Origin: Candidatus Marinacidobacterales bacterium
Lineage (GTDB): Bacteria > Acidobacteriota > Vicinamibacteria > Marinacidobacterales > SMYC01
NCBI GenBank assembly: GCA_965237955.1
Contig: OZ250169.1
Span: 4,672,001 to 4,736,000, forward strand
DNA length: 64,000 bases
Direction of reading: 5' to 3'
The notes beneath the pieces are model-generated. The model ran no database searches. It worked only from the letters and a program-made list of their open reading frames with translations, and was not told the origin of the DNA. The translations under genes and the position numbers were made by a program. Shown here piece after piece: positions 8,779 through 17,615 of the stretch (its first letter is position 1; the number at the start of each line of letters is the position of its first letter).

Positions 8779-8906
8779 GGATCTGAAGATAACACCCTCG
8801 GGCCAGACGATTGTAAAGCCTACGGCCCTTGGCCCCGGCGCAAACACAGACACTAAGCTGCTGATTTATGGCCTATTTCAAAAGGGCCGAGTTTTGGCAC
8901 AGGACG
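8778..8906 (-). repeat. rve-element left end, copy 6 (native position upstream of the transposase)
   Basis: Directly abuts the transposase ATG; tip reads GAGTTTTGGCACAGGACG. Confidence 0.95.
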
Positions 8907-8909
8907 GGG

Positions 8910-9058
8910 TGCATTGGTACAACACGCAACGACTCTTGGAGCCGATCGGAAATGTCGCCCCCGTCGAGTACGAGATGAACTACTATCGGTCGCAGGAAGG
9001 CTCGCTAGAGATGGCGAGACTCAACTAAAACAGTCTCCGGAAAACCCGGGGCGGTTCA
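8910..9058 (+). mobile_element. IS3-family right end remnant
   Basis: Inverted copy of 914-1062, ending CCCGGGGCGGTTCA. Confidence 0.9.
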
Positions 9059-9174
9059 GGACATCGCCGCCTTGAACTTCTGGGAGACTTTCCGATACGT
9101 CCTTCCCCGCACCACGATGGCCAGGAAGTGGTCGGGGGTCAAGGTGTTCAGAAATAGTGGGAGGATTTTCAAGA

Positions 9175-10266
9175 ATGAGAAAACTACTTTTACTCTTTGG
9201 ATTAACATTATTGATTTCTTGTGTGGGAGTCAAAGTTCAAGATCGGGATACCAGTTCAAAGGCTATAGCTGAGGTAACTCAAACAACTTCAGAAAGCTCG
9301 GCAAATGAAGATACGGTGGCAGACACTTGGGGACAAATTATCGAGGCTCCACCAGAGACATTCTTTGCAGCAGACTTGTCTGATGATGTGCGTAGCGGTT
9401 TAACCAATACATTGCTTGTAGCAACTTCTGAATGGGGAAACTACGGCCCGCTGGAGTATTGGGTGCTGGGGACGGATCTAAAGGCCGCCCAGGAGCTTAC
9501 TGAACTCTTCTGCGAACGTCGCTCAGAGCTTGGGCAGTGGGAAAAATCTGAATGTTTAAGTCGTCACAGGGACGAGCATGACTTTGAGTCCTATCGGAAG
9601 ATAGGCGCTGATGCCATTGAACGTAGGAAGGCGAGTGGCTCCATGGGCTGGAATGGTAATCGAGAATGGGGTATTCATTTTTATACCTCTTCGTATCCTC
9701 TCGGCTTTGATAGACTTTTTGGTTCAAGTCCAGGAGGGGAGCAAAAAGGCGTATTTCATGAGTACTTTCACGCAGTACAGCAAGCTCACATTTTTGCTCA
9801 AGATAATGATGAAAGGAAAGCACTCTCGGGACTCGTATGGTTTATAGAAGGTGGAGCTGACTACATGGCGCAAACTGCTACCAGAAAGTTGTGGGCTTCA
9901 GGTAAGTTGACCACGATCGACAATAGTAGTTTAAGCTCCCTCGAACAGACCTTTGAAAACAAAATGAAGAAGGGTAAGAAGACGATCGAAAAGAACTGCC
10001 CTGGGGTCAAGTTACATGAACTTACTTACGACAATGATTGTTCGGGTGCGGCCTATGATTTGGGTGCCTGGGCAATGGGTTATCTGCTAAACAAGGTAGG
10101 CCAGGAAGCGCTACTAGACACCTTCTATCCCAGTCTCAACGAACTTGGGTGGGAGGGAGCGTTCCAAAAAACCTTCGGGATGTCATCGGAGGATTTCTCC
10201 GCCGAATTTAACCTCTTCTTGGAAAAACCTCTTGCCGATCAATTGGCCATACTTCCCAAAATATGA
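9175..10266 (+). CDS. Putative lipoprotein zinc metallopeptidase (HEXXH), horizontally acquired
   Basis: Signal peptide with lipobox LLISC, HEYFH plus downstream WFIEGGADY; RBS GGAGG; visibly lower GC than the host. Confidence 0.75.
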   Translation: MRKLLLLFGLTLLISCVGVKVQDRDTSSKAIAEVTQTTSESSANEDTVADTWGQIIEAPPETFFAADLSDDVRSGLTNTLLVATSEWGNYGPLEYWVLGTDLKAAQELTELFCERRSELGQWEKSECLSRHRDEHDFESYRKIGADAIERRKASGSMGWNGNREWGIHFYTSSYPLGFDRLFGSSPGGEQKGVFHEYFHAVQQAHIFAQDNDERKALSGLVWFIEGGADYMAQTATRKLWASGKLTTIDNSSLSSLEQTFENKMKKGKKTIEKNCPGVKLHELTYDNDCSGAAYDLGAWAMGYLLNKVGQEALLDTFYPSLNELGWEGAFQKTFGMSSEDFSAEFNLFLEKPLADQLAILPKI

Positions 10267-10309
10267 CTAGAAAAGATGCTGCTAGCCTACCAGCATATCG
10301 AAGGAGTCT

Positions 10310-10548
10310 GTAAGCGAGTACCGGGAGTTCGTCCAACTTCGGCTGCGTAAGCGGGTACTGGAGGCGATCGAGGTCGTGCTCGAGGAAGAAGTCAACCAAG
10401 CGCTGGGGTGTGGTAGCTACGAGCGTGCGGAAGACCGCCGTGGATATCGCAACGGAGCCGAAACCCGTCGCGTGACGACGTCGGTGGGAACTCGCGAGCT
10501 CCGGGTGCCACGAGCCCGCGTGCGAGACGAGGAAACGGGAGAAACGAT
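10310..10548 (+). pseudogene. IS256-family transposase N-terminal fragment
   Basis: LEEEVNQALG..YER..RRGYRNG..R.VTTSVG..ELRVPR motif; cut by the IS5 TIR. Confidence 0.8.
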
Positions 10549-11634
10549 GCCTTGGTGCACAACTCCGATAGAGGCCGAGAGCTCGCTTGGCCCCGACTCC
10601 CATCATCCGATCATCTCGCTATCAGGCATCCCGAGCGCCGTCATCGTGTTGAGAATCTTGCACCCGATCCTTGCCTCGACTCTCTGTGCCGCCAACCCTC
10701 TCGCTCGCATCGCTGAGCCCACGATAGCCTTGTAGCGATGGAACGTTGTCTCGACTTTGCTCCGTTTGCTGTAGCCCGATTCTGTGTGCCACTTTCGTTT
10801 GCCGAGCCGAGCTTGTGCTGCAATGTTGCGATTGCGCTGTCGGCTGCTCGCCGGCCCCGATGCGAGCTGGGCGCCCTTGCGCGGCGGTATCAGCACCCTC
10901 GGCGAGCAATGAGCGCTGTGATTCTCGATTGCCTCATAGACGCCGCCGGCGTCGTATGCGGTGTCAGCTCTGGCCGATGAGATGGGACTGTCGATCTGTC
11001 CGACAAGCGATGCAACCCGCGATGAATCGCGGGCTCTTTTGCTCGTCAGCTCGCCGGCGACGACTTCGCCACTCTGCTCGTCGACACACAGATGGAGCTT
11101 GCGATAGTCCCTGCTCTTTGGTGCTCTGCGCAGCTGGCCGGCGTGGACAGCGAGACCGCTGCTGTCGATCAAGATGTGCAACGGCGTCTTCTGCTTGTCT
11201 TGGTAAGAAGGGGACCTTACCCAGCTTCGCCTTGCGCCTCGAGATCGTGGTGTGATCGGGCACATCATTGTCTAGCTTCATCAGAGCGAACAACGATCGC
11301 AGCAATCCCTCGCTCTGCCTAGATGACAGATGAAACACCATGCCCAGGGTGACAGCCGTCTCGATGGCGTGGTTCGAGTACTTGCGTTGACGGCCCGGTT
11401 TCCTCCTCCTTGGCCGGGGCGCGTCCCAGTTCACAAGCTTGCCGGCGGTGAGCGAGATCCAGACGGTCAGGCTCCCACGGTTGCGTAGACCCGCCTCATA
11501 TTCACGCCAATTCCTCACGCGATAGGCCTTCTTCACATACTTCCGCTGAGTGCGTTTGAAAATGCTCATGGGGAACCTCGAATCCGTGAGTAAAGGACAA
11601 TTGTGGCCCGAGATCGCGAGTTGTGCACCAAGGC
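10549..11634 (-). mobile_element. IS5-family (IS903-like) element with frameshifted transposase (10603-11569)
   Basis: 17 bp perfect TIR GCCTTGGTGCACAACTC; YRVRNWREYEAGLRNRGSLTVW, PDHTTISRR, IDSSG, YRKLHL, GYSKRSKVET; one extra base near 11206 splits the ORF. Confidence 0.92.
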
Positions 11635-12971
11635 ACACATACACCGGCAAATCACATGGCCGAGAGACCCGAAGAGCCCCCCGGATGTCTTCCCCGTCAC
11701 GGGGTCAAAAAGGCCGATGGTCTGGTCAGGGTTGTTGGGAGTGTCGTCAATAAACTCCTTCCACTGCCGGTTGTACTTGACGTCCAGAATGGTGTCATCG
11801 CCAAACAGATGCGTGAAATTGAAATTCAAGATCTGCTGGTTCCGGTGGTGGCTGTTCCAGGTCTCCGGGCTGTCGGCGTTACCAAAACCCACACGGAACG
11901 GATAAACATCTAGGTCCCGAGTTGTCAACGAGCCGTGAAGCCGGGTGGCCGCGGCCAACTGAGCCGTGACCTTGACGAAGGTATGGGTCTGATTGATCTC
12001 GAATGGCTGGGTGGGGAAGAAGGGTTCTTGCAGCTCGTGGTTCAGCCGACGGATATTGCCGAAGAACCAGATAGTATCTCGCTTGATCGGTCCCCCAAAC
12101 GTTCCGCCTATGTCCTGGTCCTTGACCACACTCGATCCGACCCCGATTTGCTTCTCGAGCTCGGGCGTGAGGTTGTCCCACTCCGTGCCTTCGCCCTGGT
12201 AGTAAATGTACGCTCCACCGGTGAAGTCGTTCCCTCCTGACTTGGTCACGAAGTTGAAAACCCCACCGGGGGCCATGCCAAACTCCGCCGTTTGACCCGA
12301 GGTCGTGACCTGGACTTCCTCGATCATGTCGATCGGGATTTCCGTCAAGATGTAGCCGACCACGGTGTCATTGGCAACCGCTCCATCGATGGTGTACAGG
12401 TTGGCCCGGGGGTCGCTCCCGTGAACCGTTTGTGCCGGAGCGAAAAGATACTCAGAATCCAGGACGCCCGCCATCGACGTGAGGAGATCGTCATAACTGC
12501 GTCCCAGGGGGGATGTTCTCGAGCCGCTCCTGCTCGAGCGTCCGCATCGCCTGCGCGCTCTTGACATCGAGGAGCGGCGTTTCTCCAATGACGGTCACGC
12601 GCTCCTGCAGTCCGGCCGGGGCCAGTTGCGCATCCACCGCAATGAACTGCCCGGCACGCACGATCACCTCTTCAAAGGTGACGGTTCCAAATCCTCCCAA
12701 CTCCACCACCACGGTATAGTGGCTCGAGGGTGTTAGCCGCTGGACACGGTAGGTACCCTCCATGGTGGTCACTCGAAGTTCGGTCGAAATGTGCTGTGGA
12801 CTCGAGATCGTCACCGTCGCGCCCGGTACCGCAAGCCCCTGCGGATCCGTGACCGTGCCGTAGATGCCTCCCGTGATTTCCTGCGCGAAGGCCGCCCCGC
12901 AGGCCAGCACAAGGGCCAGCGGCACCACCATCAAAGCGCGTCGTGGTGGCCCACCTGGAGCAATTGCCTTA
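11635..12971 (-). pseudogene. TonB-dependent receptor (carboxypeptidase-regulatory-like N domain plus plug), truncated and frameshifted
   Basis: AQEITGGIYGTVTDPQG..VPGATVTI, IEEVQVTTSGQTAEFG..GGVFNFVTKSGGNDFTG, GGPIKRDTIWFF; frameshift in G6 at 12507-12512; cut by IS5 and ISAzo13. Confidence 0.85.
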
Positions 12972-14897
12972 GGGCCGGCGACAAAATAAGTTCCCGTTTT
13001 CAAGACGGTCGGATGGTGTAGTTCCATTTGGGTAGAGTCTGGTCCTTTGTAACGGAAAGCGCCTGCATCCGCTCGTCAGTGATTTTGACGCCCTTCGGAT
13101 AACGACGCCGGATAAGGTGTGCGCGTACTCGCAAACCGGAAGAGGTGGTGGTCGTGCGGATGTATTTGAGGATGGTTTCGTAGCTGTCGAGAGGCCTGCC
13201 CGCCCAGTTCTTGCTGATCTCGCTGAACAGACGGTGCTCCACTGGATTCCACTTGGATGTACCGGACGGATAGTGGGCTATGGTGATAGCGATGTCGTGG
13301 CGATTGCAAATCCGCGTTTGAAGCCCGTGCTTCCAACCCCGACACCGATAGCCATTGCTGCCCCCGGCGTCTGCCAATATCGCGAGGTCACGGGCTGCAG
13401 GATAGCGTCGCCGTCCTTCCGTTCGCCACCACTTCTCGATGGCATTCACGGCGAAGTCCGGGGTGTTGTACGAGGTACCAATGAACACTGTCCCGCGGTT
13501 CGCGAGCAGATCGTAGACGCCGTAGGGGATTGCGATGCCGTTCGATTCGGAACGGAAGTCATGGTCTTTGACGAGAGTCGGCTCGCGGTTCCAGGCCTGC
13601 CCGCCGTTTTTGAATAATCCCACCAGCTCCCGTTTCTTCGTGTCTACGCTGATGATGGGATGACCAGCTGCGGCAAAACGCTCGCGCAGTTCGGCGATAC
13701 ACGCGAATTGGGTATCGCGATCTTCGGACGTGGCACCGCACAGCTTCTTGTGGTTCACCCGCAACGAGAAGCCGAGCTGTTTGAGCAGTCGACCGACGGT
13801 TTTGCTGCTGACGTTCACACCGAGGCTTCTTAGCTCGCAAGCAATCTTGTCGGTGGTCCGCCGCGTCCATTTCACTCCCGTCATCGGATCGCCCGCGGTG
13901 TCGTGCTTCATGAGTTCTTCGATCTTGGCGATGACTTCTGGCGTTTTTTTTGCACGGCGCGCCGTCCGCCACCCTTTCGCCGAACTCCGTCGAGCTCAAC
14001 ATCTCTCATTAGTAATTCCCTACGACCTCTGGCTACCGTGCTCGGATCCATCCCGAGCAGTTCGGCAATCTGTTGGTCGCCACCGTGACCGAGCTTCATG
14101 GCCTCGACTCCCGCGTAGAGACGGCGCTGCTTTTCATCGAGCAGGCTGTAGAAAAGAACGATCGCAGCCTTCAACTCCACGGGGAGCACGCGGACTCCCC
14201 CGACCCAGCCCAACGTGGAAGGTGACGCCTCATGTACCTGGCGGGCCGAGAGCTGTTGCTTGCGCGTGCTCACATCGGTGGCCAGATACAGATATCGGCC
14301 GAACACCTGCTCGCGCGCCAATCTTTTCTCTCGGACCAGTTTCAACAGAGGAGCCTTGACGTCAACCTGCACCTCGTCCTCGAGCTCGTCGACGTAGTAG
14401 CCTGCCTCACAGGCCGCGACCAACGCTTTTACCGTCGCAAGCAACGTCCCGTACTTCGAGAACCACACTGAGCGCAACGACCAAAGACCTTTTCGATCGA
14501 ACTGGGCGATCTCGTCCAACGTGTAGTAGCTACCACGGTGGGAGTAGCTTGTCCGATACGCCAACTCATTGAGCTTTCGGAAGACGGTCGAGTCCACATC
14601 GGTACCCAACACTGCCTTCAAATCATCGAGGGTAGCTATTTTGTGCTTCCTCAACAGGCGGTCGAGATCTTCAGACTGATAGCTCGTAGGTCTCATAATA
14701 GGAGAAGTGCTCCTTGATAGGCGTAATCCTCCCTAAAATGAGGACCGTTCGTCAAACACGCGCTGGTTGCTGAAGATCTACAAATGTTCCGTTTCTAGGG
14801 AGCTTGCCAGGCTCTCGTGATGCCAGACGACATCGCGATCACGACCTGAAACAGGAAGAGTGTGCTCAAAACCAGACAGTTATTTTGTCGGCGGCCC
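12972..14897 (-). mobile_element. ISAzo13-family element; two ORFs (13908-14696 and about 13000-13950) joined by a probable -1 frameshift
   Basis: TIR GGGCCG(G/C)CGACAAAATAA at both ends, each flanked by TA; TAGDPM..KWT, ISVDTKKRELVG, HYPSGTSKWNPVEHRLFS; A8 slippery run at 13944-13951. Confidence 0.92.
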
Positions 14898-17458
14898 TAA
14901 GTGCGGACGTTGAATAAGCCGTACAACGCGGCGATGCTGAAGAGCACGTTCGGGGCCCACGCCGCCATGAACGGCGGCAGCATTGCCGTTTCACCCATGA
15001 ACGCGAAGATACGCGTGGTCACGTAGTAGGAAAGACCGATCGCGATCGCGATGCCGATCCCGTAGAGGGCACCCTTCTTCCCTGGTGCGAACGAGAACGG
15101 CACGCCGATGAGCACCGTGACCATCGCTGCGAGCGGGAACGAGAACTTGGCTTGCCGGGCCACTTCGAGCGGAACCACGTCGTAGCCGGCCTGCTTGAGA
15201 TCCTCTACATAGCGAGTCAGCTCGAGGTAGGTCATCTGATTGGAGCGTTTTTGCTCCTTGACGAAATAGGACGGGGGCTCCATGTCGTGCACCGGAAGCG
15301 CCTCGAAGCGCTCGATCTGCCGACCTTCGGCGAAGTTGCGCTTCCACCCTTTGCTGAACACCCACGCGCCGATGTCGGACTCCCACTTCGCCTCCTCGGT
15401 GTAAAACCGCTCGGTGATCTCGAAGGGATTCGTAGCGTATTTGTAGACGGCGAGCCCGCTGAACTTCCGTGAGTTGGGATCGTAGTAGGCGTAGTTGTAG
15501 AGCTCCTGGCTCTCTCCCATCATCCACTTGCGGTTCAAAACGTTGTGCGTTTGGACCGGACGCTTTTTGATCTCGTCCCGAAGCTCGGCGGCGCGCCGGT
15601 TGGCGTAGGGAAGGAGGTATTCCTGAAGCGCGAAACAGCCCGCGCTCACGACCACACCCATGAGGACCACGGGCACCGCGAGTCGATAGAGGCTGATGCC
15701 GCCGGCCTTCGCTGCTGTCAGCTCACTCGTCTTCGTCAAAATCGCGAAGCAAACCAGCGTCGCCATGAGCGTTGCGAGCGGGAGCATATGAAATAAGATC
15801 TGCGGCTGGGCGAACGCGAGGTACTCGAGAACGACTTTCCCTTGAATGTTGTGCTCGAACGCGTCCGCGATCACATCGATGAGGAGCCCGAGCATGTACA
15901 CGCTCACGAGCGCCGCGAGGATGAGAAGAAAAAAGCGGGTGAACTCCCGGCTGATGTAGCGGTCGAGCGTGTTGGGAAAGCGCAGGCTCATACGGAGCAA
16001 GATCACGAAGCAAACCAACGTTGCCACGAGCGTTGCGAGCGGGAGCATGTGAAAGAAGATCTGCAGTAGGGCGAACGCGAAGTTAACGAGAACGACTTTC
16101 CCTTGAAAGTTGTTCTTGAACGCGTCCGCGATCACATAGATGAGGAGCCCGCTCACGAGCGCGGCGAGGATGAGAAGAAAAAAGCGGGTGAACTCCCGGG
16201 TAATGTAGCGGTCGAGCGTGTTGGGAAAGCGCAGGCTCATGCGAGGGATGCGGAGCAGGATCACGGTGCGGCTCCGGGGGTGCTGTGAGCTCTTTCGCAA
16301 CGAACGGAGCTTCGAACCGAGCAGGGGCCACAATGTGTCGACGCCGAACAAACCTCGCTGGGATTCGCGGGCGGCGCGAACCAGAAGTGCTATCGCCCCT
16401 GCACCAAGGACGATGTTCGGAGTCCACATACCCCAAAACGGCGACAAGCGTTCGCCGATTGCCATGTTCTCGCCAACATCGATGAGGACGTAGTAAATGA
16501 AAATGACGGCGAGGCTCATGACGAAGCCCCAGGAGCGGCCGTCGCGCCGGTTGCGAATCCCGAGAGCGAGTCCTAAAACTCCGAACACGAAGCACGCGAA
16601 TGGGATGGAAAACTTCTTGTGGATCTCGGTCAAGTAGACGGGAAGCTCGGTCTCCCGATAGGACGTACGAAGCTCGGCAAGGCTGAGCTCGCGCGCGCCT
16701 CGCGGCACGTTGATGTCTTCGGGCGGAAAGAACGTTTCCGTCGGAAGCGGCAGGAAGATCTCCTTCGATAGCTGGCGTTGATACTCCGCGGGCCGGCGGT
16801 GCGAGACTTGATGGAGCTCCGCGTCCCGCAAGTAAAACATGACCGTCCGCGCCTCCGGGTCGATGAGGAGCCGTCCCTGGTCGGCGAACGTCACCCGCGG
16901 GGATTGGGGCTCGGACAAATCAGCAAGAATGACGTTTTCCCAATAGTCCGAGTCTGTCGGTGTATCGAGAACGAGGAACATCAGATTCGGGAAGAGGCGA
17001 TCGTAGAACACCCGCGGTCGTACTTCCGTCCCGGCGTGAGACGTCAACACCTTGAAGAACAGCTGGCGCACCCGCTGATTCGAGTCCGGTAAAACGTTGA
17101 TGATGAGGTAGGAGGTCGCGCCCCACGCGAGGGTGGCGGCGACGAGGATTGGTGTGAGCAAGCGATAGAGGCTCACGCCGCTCGCGCGCATCGCGATGAT
17201 CTCGCTATCGGCGGCGAGGCGCCCGAGCGCTATCAGGACGCCCAGCAGAAACCCCATCGGGATCGTCAGGCACAGGACACTGGGCAACAAGTTCAACAGG
17301 ATGCCGAGCGTGTCCGAGAGCGACGCGGACTGGGTGACCAGGCGCTGCGCGAAACGCAAGATCTCGTTCAGGAGAATGACGAACGTGAAGACGCAGATTC
17401 CGAGGATGAAGCTCGGGATGATTTCCCTGAAGACGTAGCGGTCGAGGATCCGCATCAT
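14897..17458 (-). CDS. lptFG: Fused LptF-LptG LPS export permease with an internal 83-codon duplication
   Basis: Two YjgP/YjgQ halves (RILDRYV..., TLDRYI...), DSEIIAMRASGVS and TSELTAAKAGGIS, AAWAPN. Confidence 0.9.
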   Translation of the reverse strand: MMRILDRYVFREIIPSFILGICVFTFVILLNEILRFAQRLVTQSASLSDTLGILLNLLPSVLCLTIPMGFLLGVLIALGRLAADSEIIAMRASGVSLYRLLTPILVAATLAWGATSYLIINVLPDSNQRVRQLFFKVLTSHAGTEVRPRVFYDRLFPNLMFLVLDTPTDSDYWENVILADLSEPQSPRVTFADQGRLLIDPEARTVMFYLRDAELHQVSHRRPAEYQRQLSKEIFLPLPTETFFPPEDINVPRGARELSLAELRTSYRETELPVYLTEIHKKFSIPFACFVFGVLGLALGIRNRRDGRSWGFVMSLAVIFIYYVLIDVGENMAIGERLSPFWGMWTPNIVLGAGAIALLVRAARESQRGLFGVDTLWPLLGSKLRSLRKSSQHPRSRTVILLRIPRMSLRFPNTLDRYITREFTRFFLLILAALVSGLLIYVIADAFKNNFQGKVVLVNFAFALLQIFFHMLPLATLVATLVCFVILLRMSLRFPNTLDRYISREFTRFFLLILAALVSVYMLGLLIDVIADAFEHNIQGKVVLEYLAFAQPQILFHMLPLATLMATLVCFAILTKTSELTAAKAGGISLYRLAVPVVLMGVVVSAGCFALQEYLLPYANRRAAELRDEIKKRPVQTHNVLNRKWMMGESQELYNYAYYDPNSRKFSGLAVYKYATNPFEITERFYTEEAKWESDIGAWVFSKGWKRNFAEGRQIERFEALPVHDMEPPSYFVKEQKRSNQMTYLELTRYVEDLKQAGYDVVPLEVARQAKFSFPLAAMVTVLIGVPFSFAPGKKGALYGIGIAIAIGLSYYVTTRIFAFMGETAMLPPFMAAWAPNVLFSIAALYGLFNVRT

Positions 17459-17615
17459 GGTAGCTTCACGTGCAACTTAACATAGCGCATCGGCAAAGCG
17501 CCAAGATATTGGAGCCTCATTTTGGGGTAACCCTTTGAATATCTACTATATCTGGTAGTTTTTGCCTTGGCTCGCCTTCTGGCCGTGTGCTAGGATTAAT
17601 TTTTCCGGGGTCAAC

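Noticed and set aside
1066-8906. Repeats as a CRISPR array or integron attC sites
   Set aside because: Mixed orientations, irregular kb-scale spacing, no cas or intI gene; the repeat is the left end of the transposase gene at 7708-8778.
12507-12512. G6 tract as a phase-variation switch
   Set aside because: The tract is short and the receptor gene is truncated at both ends, so decay or sequencing error is more likely.
15741-16265. lptFG duplication as a DGR template/variable repeat pair
   Set aside because: Differences are not adenine-specific, include indels, and no intact reverse transcriptase is in the window.
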